41,899 nucleotides of DNA from Nitrospina sp. (GTDB lineage Bacteria > Nitrospinota > Nitrospinia > Nitrospinales > VA-1): positions 1 through 41,899 of the forward strand of contig JABIXH010000296.1 in the NCBI GenBank assembly GCA_018664975.1, given 5' to 3'. Position numbers and translations under genes: made by a program. Of this stretch, positions 35,747-41,899 are shown in pieces. The stretch's first letter is position 1. Every line of letters starts with the position of its first letter. The notes under the pieces are model-generated. The model saw only the letters and a program-made list of their open reading frames with translations, made no database searches and was not told the DNA's origin.

Positions 35747-37228
35747 ATGTATGGTCGATTCTTGATTTATTTGTTCTCTTTTTTAACTCTCCTTTTTACT
35801 TCTGAACCTTCTTGGGCGGAAAAAAGCCAGGAAATCGAAATCATTGTGGACGGTTCCGGCAGTATGGCTGGAAAAATGGAAGGTTCCACTAAGCTTGCCA
35901 TCGCCAAGCAATCCCTCGCTAAAATTGTCAACGAAATACCCCCGGGTTCCCAAGTCGCTCTCAGGGTCTATGGTCAGAATTTCTCTGTCGATGAAAAAGA
36001 ACAGAGCTGTCAGGATTCTGAATTAATTTATCCCATGGGGCCAATCGATAGCGAAGTTCTTACTCAAAAAATCCAATCGATAAAAGCTAAAGCTTACACC
36101 CCAATTGCGTTCAGCCTTGCCGAAGCTGGGAAAGATTTCTTAGCCAAGGACAACAGGTTTATTATGCTGGTTAGTGATGGTATAGAGACATGTGGTGGGG
36201 ATCCATGCCAGGTGGCCAGGGATATTCAGACTACGGGAGCTCCTCTTGTTATTCATAGCATAGGGTTCGATGTTGATGAAAAAGCCCGAGAGCAGTTAGT
36301 TTGTATTGCAGAAGTTTCTGGAGGGAAATATTTTGACGCAAAAGACGCAAAGGGCCTTTTCACATCCCTCCAAACGATTGCCAAACAGGAATTGAAACCG
36401 GTGGAACCTATGACTCAGGCCGAACTGCCTCTTGAGGAACCCCAAAACGAGGAGCCTAAATTTTTGGCGCCTCCCAAAAAGACACGTTTCGGTGAATGGA
36501 TTCGCGGAGGGCGCTATTATGAGGATGCGATCCCGCTCAAACCCGGAAAATACCGTATTGATCATGATTTGCGGCAGGGGGAATATGATTACTTCAAAAT
36601 CAGCCTTAACAATGGGCAAAAGCTTCGCATTCAATATACCACTCAGGACGAAGGAAGTGGTTGTGCTGGTGCGGCGATACATTCCAAGGATCGTCTCAAA
36701 TTGTTAAGCAATTATATTGTTTATAAAAGCTCGACCGGAGAAACAGATCTGGAGGTGTTTGATTTGGAAAAGGCTCCCGTAGAATTCTATGTGCTTATCG
36801 GGAGTACCTGTCAGGGCGTTCAAAGTAAAGATACTATGTTGGATATTTTTATAGAAGACCGTTTTGATGGCGGGAGTGGTCAGGAGGCAGGCCCCAAACT
36901 GAAAAAACCGTTACCTATTAAACCAGGGAAACATGAAGAGAACTGGTTACAGCTCAAGTCTGATGTAGACACTTTTGTAGTCACGGGTAAGCCTGGCAAG
37001 GAATTGCACGTGAAGGTTTTACCAGAAAGTGAAATCGCTACATTAAAATTCTCTCTCTACAATGAAGACCGGGAAAGATTGCTTTATGCTCAGGCCAAAA
37101 ATAATGGTGCGGTAGTAAAAGGTAAGGTCTTGGTGAGTGAGGACTATCCGGAAATTTATATTCAAGTTTCTGGTTTTAACGCTACAAAATATAGTTTAAA
37201 AATTCAAAGTCGGGAACCAAAGAAGTGA
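35747..37228 (+). CDS. secreted von Willebrand factor A (VWA) domain protein with two C-terminal PPC-like beta-domains
   Basis: ATG 35747 lies 7 nt after GAGGAG (the track lists TTG 35732). Signal peptide ends ...SEPSWA/EK. MIDAS motif DGSGSM. Two similar C-terminal segments (IPLKPGKYRIDHDL..GEYDYFKISL and LPIKPGKHEENWLQL.SDVDTFVVTG). Confidence 0.8.
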   Translation: MYGRFLIYLFSFLTLLFTSEPSWAEKSQEIEIIVDGSGSMAGKMEGSTKLAIAKQSLAKIVNEIPPGSQVALRVYGQNFSVDEKEQSCQDSELIYPMGPIDSEVLTQKIQSIKAKAYTPIAFSLAEAGKDFLAKDNRFIMLVSDGIETCGGDPCQVARDIQTTGAPLVIHSIGFDVDEKAREQLVCIAEVSGGKYFDAKDAKGLFTSLQTIAKQELKPVEPMTQAELPLEEPQNEEPKFLAPPKKTRFGEWIRGGRYYEDAIPLKPGKYRIDHDLRQGEYDYFKISLNNGQKLRIQYTTQDEGSGCAGAAIHSKDRLKLLSNYIVYKSSTGETDLEVFDLEKAPVEFYVLIGSTCQGVQSKDTMLDIFIEDRFDGGSGQEAGPKLKKPLPIKPGKHEENWLQLKSDVDTFVVTGKPGKELHVKVLPESEIATLKFSLYNEDRERLLYAQAKNNGAVVKGKVLVSEDYPEIYIQVSGFNATKYSLKIQSREPKK

Positions 37229-37247
37229 TTTGGGAAAGGTTAACAGG

Positions 37248-37874
37248 ATGAAGCTATTAAATTGCTTACTTGCTTTTTGGTTGATTTCAGGATGCATTAC
37301 ACCTCCTCTTTTGGCACAAGAAAGTTCGGGATTATCTCCTCAAACAAAGCCTGTTGTCATGATAATGATCAATGAGCAAATCTGGGTCGAAAATCAGGTT
37401 ATTTATGACTATTACGGCAACTTGTCTAAAGTAATGAATATATGGACTAGCGTTTCCCAGGCGGATACCACATTTACAAGTGCATTTCTTGAAAAGGGGT
37501 TCAAAGTGATAGGTAGCGGGGTACCAAATACCACCAAAGGAAAGGTGAGTCGGGACGATATGTTGAAAGCCATGGAAGGAGATGACCTGACCTCTACTTA
37601 TCTGGGGAATTATTTAAAGGCAGATCTGGTTATCGTGGGTCAGGTGGTGGCACGCGGTGTGACGCCATTGAGTAATTCTAGACAAAAATCTGCACGGGCC
37701 AACCTTAATGTAAGAGCTGTGCGAGTGGATACAGGTGAAATAATTGCTGTAGCTAGTGGGCAAGGCACTGCGGCGGCCATTGATGAAATAAGTGCCGGAG
37801 TAGACGCCATTAAGAGGGCCACTAAAGTTACTGCGGAGAAACTCGTTAGTACGATAATTGATAAAGTTCCATGA
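37248..37874 (+). CDS. lipoprotein with a CsgG/LpoB-like N-domain pattern, unknown function
   Basis: Lipobox LISGC. The segment KADLVIVGQVV...ANLNVRAVRVDTGEIIAVASGQG mimics the CsgG-family core pattern. An alternative TTG start lies at 37230. Confidence 0.55.
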   Translation: MKLLNCLLAFWLISGCITPPLLAQESSGLSPQTKPVVMIMINEQIWVENQVIYDYYGNLSKVMNIWTSVSQADTTFTSAFLEKGFKVIGSGVPNTTKGKVSRDDMLKAMEGDDLTSTYLGNYLKADLVIVGQVVARGVTPLSNSRQKSARANLNVRAVRVDTGEIIAVASGQGTAAAIDEISAGVDAIKRATKVTAEKLVSTIIDKVP

Positions 37875-37930
37875 ATAAACTTTGTATATCCTGGTTGAAC
37901 TTTTGAAATCTATTTTTGAGGAGCGGTATC

Positions 37931-38833
37931 GTGAAAAAACCGGCTAAAAAAACTCAATTAATTCTCGCTTTAACACTGGTATCTTCCTTTTTGTGGATAC
38001 CAGTATCTTATTCCGAAGAATTCAAAAAAACCATTGCTGTATCCAGATTTGATGTTCGGGTGGGAAAGTCAACCCTTGGAGAAGGAATGTCGGACATGCT
38101 GGCCGATTCGCTTATTCAAAGCGGAAGTTTTGTGGTACTGGAGCGTCAGACACTGGAGGACATCATCACCGAGCAGGATCTTGCTGCAAGCGGTAGAGCC
38201 GCAGTATCGAAATCTGCTCAGACTGGCAAATTAATTCCCTCCCAGATCTTGATCAAGGGAACGGTCACCGAATTCGATGAAAAAACCGAAAGCAGTGGCA
38301 CCGGGATTGGATTTGGTGGGTTCAACATTGGTTCCAGTTCCACTGCGGCTCATGTGGCGGTTATTTTAAGAATTATCGATACTACTTCGGCAGAGGTTCT
38401 CGACTCCATCAGGGTGGAAGGCAAGGCAGAAGGAAGTGGGCTCAAGTTGGGAGGTTCCATTGCAGGTATTAGTTTGGGGACGGAAGGTTTTTCAAAGACG
38501 CCGTTAGGAAAAGCTACTCAGATTGCTATTGACAACGCAGTAGAAAAAATTGTTGCTCGTTTGCAAACGATTCCCTTTTCCGGAAAAATCATCAAGGTTT
38601 CGGGAGACACCATTTATACCAATCTGGGAGGGAGAAATGGTGTGTCGGTGGGGGATCTTTTTAATGTTTACAATCCCGGCGAGTCATTGATTGACCCTGA
38701 CACGGGAGAAAACCTGGGTTCCGAAAAAACCAAAACCGGGTCCTTAAAAATCAATTCGGTTCAGGAAAAATTTTCCAAAGCCAGCGCAGAAACAGGAGAA
38801 CTTTTTGAAAAAGGATTTCAACTGACAGAATAA
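37931..38833 (+). CDS. CsgG-family (curli production assembly/transport component-like) protein with an extra C-terminal beta-domain and no cysteine
   Basis: GTG 37931 lies 7 nt after GAGGAG (the track lists TTG 37916). CsgG-like core: IAVSRFDVRVGK...GMSDMLADSLIQSGSFVVLERQTLEDIITEQDL, QILIKGTVTEFDE, AHVAVILRIIDTTSAEVL. The signal peptide has no lipobox. Confidence 0.8.
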   Translation: MKKPAKKTQLILALTLVSSFLWIPVSYSEEFKKTIAVSRFDVRVGKSTLGEGMSDMLADSLIQSGSFVVLERQTLEDIITEQDLAASGRAAVSKSAQTGKLIPSQILIKGTVTEFDEKTESSGTGIGFGGFNIGSSSTAAHVAVILRIIDTTSAEVLDSIRVEGKAEGSGLKLGGSIAGISLGTEGFSKTPLGKATQIAIDNAVEKIVARLQTIPFSGKIIKVSGDTIYTNLGGRNGVSVGDLFNVYNPGESLIDPDTGENLGSEKTKTGSLKINSVQEKFSKASAETGELFEKGFQLTE

Positions 38834-38845
38834 AAGGAGTATGTC

Positions 38846-39067
38846 ATGAAACATGCTTGGAGATATTTTTCACTCCTATTGCTACTGATTTTTTCTTTTT
38901 CCGGTTGCGCCTCGATGAATGAGCCTCTGGATTCTGCCAATGAGAGTGCCGAGGAAATAGGAAAACCTGTGGGGAAAATTATGAAGATACCCGGATCGGC
39001 TACAAAAGGAGCCGCTGAAGGCATGCATACAAAAGAGAACGACCCTAATAATCCTTATGACAGATAG
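38846..39067 (+). CDS. 73-aa mini-lipoprotein
   Basis: AAGGAG 7 nt upstream of the ATG. Lipobox-like FSFSGC after a hydrophobic signal. The mature part is short and hydrophilic. Confidence 0.6.
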   Translation: MKHAWRYFSLLLLLIFSFSGCASMNEPLDSANESAEEIGKPVGKIMKIPGSATKGAAEGMHTKENDPNNPYDR

Positions 39068-39157
39068 CTGAAAAAAAAACTAACTATTCCAAAAAATAGC
39101 TGGTTGATTGTGAAATAGGGGATCGTTTATAAAGCCCCTGGAAGGATTTTTGAACGC

Positions 39158-41899
39158 ATGCAAGCCAGATTTTCATTTCATTTTCTTTTATATAAAACAT
39201 CCCAAAGTTTGCTCCATCGCCTGCCATTAAACATTCATAGCCGGAAGAAACCGATCCTTTGGAGTAGCTTTTTAATTCTATCCGTTATCCTTTTTACCCC
39301 CTTCCTAGATCGTTCTGCTCATGCCGATATCAGGGCGGATATTAAAATGGCGCGGGAAGCGGTGGCCACTGCGGAAAAGAATTTAAATGCCGCAGAGCGG
39401 AGGATAATTTCTTTTGCCAATGGAGAATTAACTTCTGCAAGAAATAGGTTTCGGGAAGCAGAGGAGAATTGGAAGAAATTCCGCAGAAAAATAAATGAAA
39501 AGGAACTTCAACTAAAAATAGAGTCTGAAAAAAATCGACTGGATCTGGAAAATGTATTTAAGCAAAAGAAAAAGTTTTCAAGCAAGTCAGAAACTTTTAG
39601 GAAATTGGAGAAAGAAATAAGGCGTTTGATTGGGGAAGCGGAAAATATAACCGCAAGAAAAAAGAAATTAGTCGATGTTGAGATAAAAAACGATCTGACT
39701 ATTTTTAACGAGTATGTTGCGGCAGATTCTGACCTGTCCGCAGTAGCGTCTGATTTCAGAGAGGTCATAAAGGCTCGGGAAAGAGTTTTTTCACTTTTGA
39801 CCCGCGTAAAGGATAATCTGTTTCAACTCAGAAAAGATGCTCCAAGCCTGCTGGAATATGAGGCCCCTCCGTTTTTGAAAACTGTCGAAGCTGTTAAGGA
39901 CGAAATCCAATTTTATTATCATCAATGGGTGCCGATCGAAGTTGAAGAATTAGAAAAAGAAATTAGTGTCGTCCAGAATTTATTGTCTCAAAATATCTCA
40001 AATCGAGACGAACTTTTTTCCCAAAAAAAGGAAGCATTTAACAAATATTTTGAAGCTGGAATTTTATTAAGAGGTACTGAGAAAAACCTGATTAATGTAG
40101 TGGAAAGTATTTTCTGGTATGACCTTTGGCTGGATTTTTCTGATAAGACCATGGATATTATTTTGGATGCTCGAAAGGTTGGGCCGGCGGCTGCTATCAT
40201 AAGTGCTGCTGGAGGAGAGCTTTTGGACCTTGGTATTAGTACCATCTTCCCCGGCGAAAAATCTCAATTGTATGACATTTCTGAATTTACGAGTTGGCAG
40301 ATAAAAAAGCCAGCAGGTAAAAATCAGCAGTCTCTTGGGAAAGTAGCCTGGGATACTTCTAAGGATCTTTTAAATAGTAAGGGGAAGGGGGTTGTCAAAG
40401 GAGTAATTACAGAATTTATCGAAGGAATCAGCCCCAGCGAGAAACTATTGAATACAAATATCCTGGAATTACATTCAGCGGTATTGGAAGAAGTCTGGCC
40501 TCAAGCCAAAGCAACTGAAGGTTTTTTAGATAGGTTAAACGATGCTAATAAATTAAAAGATATTTCAGGCTTCACCAAAAAAGGGGCTCTGAGTTTTGGG
40601 ACAAATTTCATAAAAAAGAAAAATATCGATTTTGCTAAAGAAGAAATGAAAAAAGTTATTGTTAATTCGCATCCTGACTTTTTGGAATACCTTGATAAAA
40701 GGGCGACCTTTGTTTTCACAGGCATGCAAAACCGGTATTTCGCCAATCAACTAGATGTGGTAAACGTCGAGATTACAGCTCTTGATGAAGTTTTGAACGA
40801 CCTTCTTGATGAACTGGATGGAAAACGATTTAAGAGAAACCTAGACGAAGACAAATTTGCTAGGAATATCGATAAGGAATCGGTCAACCTAACCCTGACT
40901 TTTAGTTCAGACATTGATGATGTCAAAGTTGCGGTTGATGGAAGGCGCCTTAAAGGTTCTGTTGCAGGAAATATATGGACAGGTTCATTGAATAACACAA
41001 TAGCCTTAGATGCTAACCTATCAATCTTTGGCGTAGATAAAGTTTCACGAAAACAGCTGGATGGGGATCCTGAAACAATTGCCCGGTTAGATTTGAGTTC
41101 AGATGAAAACTCTGAGTTCATAGGCTATGAAGAAAGAAGCGATATTACTCACACTCTGAATTTTGGGGAACCAGATACGCAAGAGTTAGCTGGATCAGGC
41201 GAATGCATAGATAGTATCACCTTTAAGAAGACGGTTAGGGCTATTGGTGATGCAGGTTTCGAATCCGTTGACGTTGATCCCTCTCAGAGAGCGCCTGATC
41301 CTCCTCCCTTGAATCATCATTATAGCCAACCCCACCGCATAGGTTCTCCGTTTACCCTGCACGGATGGGGATACAATCTTGCGCTCAATTATTATTACTT
41401 CGATCTCGCAAACGATGCCCTATTGTATGAGCCTAATGTTTGGAAGGAAGGGCATAGCGGTGTTGTGGATGTGGAGCGTCTCTCTACCAGGGATTCATCC
41501 CAGTTTCCGGGACTGAAAGTGGTCTCGTTTAAAAAAAGGCCCTGCCTCTGTATTAAGACGATGGAGTTAAGAAATTTCGTCAGGAATAAAGACGAAAATG
41601 AGATTCCCGTAAAGGTGCGACTTAAAAAGGATTCTGAGGGAATAGCATTAGATGAAAGACAGAGTTTCAGATTCCGGGGTGCGGCCAAATGTCTGAAACT
41701 TTCCTCCAGCGGGAAAAATCTTAAGGATGAAGATGCGGAAACTGGTGAAATTTGTGGCAAAGACTTGTATAGACCTCGGTATAAAAACTTGTCGGGTTTA
41801 TCCATTGGCAAATATAGTTTGGGAGATTGTTCTACCGGGCCGAATACCTATTCATTACAACTTTTAGAAGAGCCGGTTTTTAAAGAAAGAATCGATATC
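39158..41899 (+). CDS. large secreted coiled-coil protein (at least 914 aa, 3'-truncated by the window); absent from the supplied ORF track
   Basis: Hand translation from ATG 39158 runs without a stop to nt 41899 (2742 nt, exactly 914 codons). In-frame TAG at 39116-39118 upstream. Signal-like N-terminus (ILWSSFLILSVILFTPFLDRSAHA/DI), about 250 aa of K/E/R-rich heptad-like sequence, then mixed domains with clustered Cys near the end. The listed minus-strand ORFs here are S/F-rich antisense artefacts. Confidence 0.7.
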   Translation, partial: MQARFSFHFLLYKTSQSLLHRLPLNIHSRKKPILWSSFLILSVILFTPFLDRSAHADIRADIKMAREAVATAEKNLNAAERRIISFANGELTSARNRFREAEENWKKFRRKINEKELQLKIESEKNRLDLENVFKQKKKFSSKSETFRKLEKEIRRLIGEAENITARKKKLVDVEIKNDLTIFNEYVAADSDLSAVASDFREVIKARERVFSLLTRVKDNLFQLRKDAPSLLEYEAPPFLKTVEAVKDEIQFYYHQWVPIEVEELEKEISVVQNLLSQNISNRDELFSQKKEAFNKYFEAGILLRGTEKNLINVVESIFWYDLWLDFSDKTMDIILDARKVGPAAAIISAAGGELLDLGISTIFPGEKSQLYDISEFTSWQIKKPAGKNQQSLGKVAWDTSKDLLNSKGKGVVKGVITEFIEGISPSEKLLNTNILELHSAVLEEVWPQAKATEGFLDRLNDANKLKDISGFTKKGALSFGTNFIKKKNIDFAKEEMKKVIVNSHPDFLEYLDKRATFVFTGMQNRYFANQLDVVNVEITALDEVLNDLLDELDGKRFKRNLDEDKFARNIDKESVNLTLTFSSDIDDVKVAVDGRRLKGSVAGNIWTGSLNNTIALDANLSIFGVDKVSRKQLDGDPETIARLDLSSDENSEFIGYEERSDITHTLNFGEPDTQELAGSGECIDSITFKKTVRAIGDAGFESVDVDPSQRAPDPPPLNHHYSQPHRIGSPFTLHGWGYNLALNYYYFDLANDALLYEPNVWKEGHSGVVDVERLSTRDSSQFPGLKVVSFKKRPCLCIKTMELRNFVRNKDENEIPVKVRLKKDSEGIALDERQSFRFRGAAKCLKLSSSGKNLKDEDAETGEICGKDLYRPRYKNLSGLSIGKYSLGDCSTGPNTYSLQLLEEPVFKERIDI

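Noticed and set aside
34337-37930. ORF-track start codons 34337, 35732, 37230 and 37916 (all TTG).
   Set aside because: In each case an internal start (TTG 34364, ATG 35747, ATG 37248, GTG 37931) has a well-spaced Shine-Dalgarno sequence, or removes an overlap with the upstream gene. These choices are inferences, not proof.
35747-39067. Whether the CsgG-containing cluster is simply a curli (csg) operon.
   Set aside because: There is no CsgA/CsgB-like Q/N/G-rich imperfect-repeat protein, and no small CsgE/CsgF-like partners. The neighbours are VWA, lipoprotein and coiled-coil proteins instead.
39104-39132. TTGATT-N17-TTATAA as a promoter for the large coiled-coil gene.
   Set aside because: The hexamers are imperfect in AT-rich DNA, where such matches arise by chance. 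The gene may simply be co-transcribed with the upstream cluster.
39508-41811. Seven listed minus-strand ORFs (39508-39768, 39988-40245, 40067-40267, 40501-40746, 40565-40750, 40747-41121, 41395-41811).
   Set aside because: Their translations are S/F/L-rich low complexity and they overlap each other. All lie antisense to one continuous plus-strand frame (39158 to the window end) that reads like real protein.
1-41899. Scan for tRNA, rRNA, CRISPR repeats, IS elements, integrases and prophage genes.
   Set aside because: I saw no cloverleaf-like T-arm (GTTCGAATC-type) outside coding sequence. I also saw no regularly spaced direct repeats and no transposase- or integrase-like translations.

Overview
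An AT-rich (judged by eye, not computed), densely coding 41.9-kb chromosomal segment from a diderm (Gram-negative-type) bacterium. I recognised no rRNA, tRNA, CRISPR array, transposase or integrase. The lineage cannot be fixed from sequence alone. The mix of a mitochondrial-type aconitase with many FGE-sulfatase-domain, RNI-type LRR and TPR proteins is reminiscent of marine Nitrospinota- or Planctomycetes-like genomes, but this is a guess.

Housekeeping genes are clear: metF, a PGK homologue, rne, ftsE-ftsX-envC-like-ctp, tsaD, gpsA, larB and aconitase. Between them sit accessory-looking modules:

1. metF is translationally coupled to a Cys-less FGE-like protein and an LRR protein. A TMTC-like GT-C/TPR membrane protein follows after a 31-nt gap.
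2. A roughly 7-kb glycosylation block holds a 1127-aa GT/CgeB-like GT/SAM-methyltransferase/TPR fusion, a Maf-N/CgeB-like fusion and an extended GT9.
3. A second FGE-like protein is paired with an HmuY-like protein.
4. An alpha/beta hydrolase is paired with an acidic-tailed LRR protein.
5. The most interesting module is a same-strand envelope cluster at the right end: a VWA/PPC-like secreted protein, a lipoprotein, a cysteine-free CsgG homologue, a mini-lipoprotein and a secreted coiled-coil protein of at least 914 aa.

The last ORF of that cluster (39158 to the window end) is missing from the supplied ORF track because it has no stop codon inside the window. All functional calls rest on motifs I recognised by eye in the translations. 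No database search was run.
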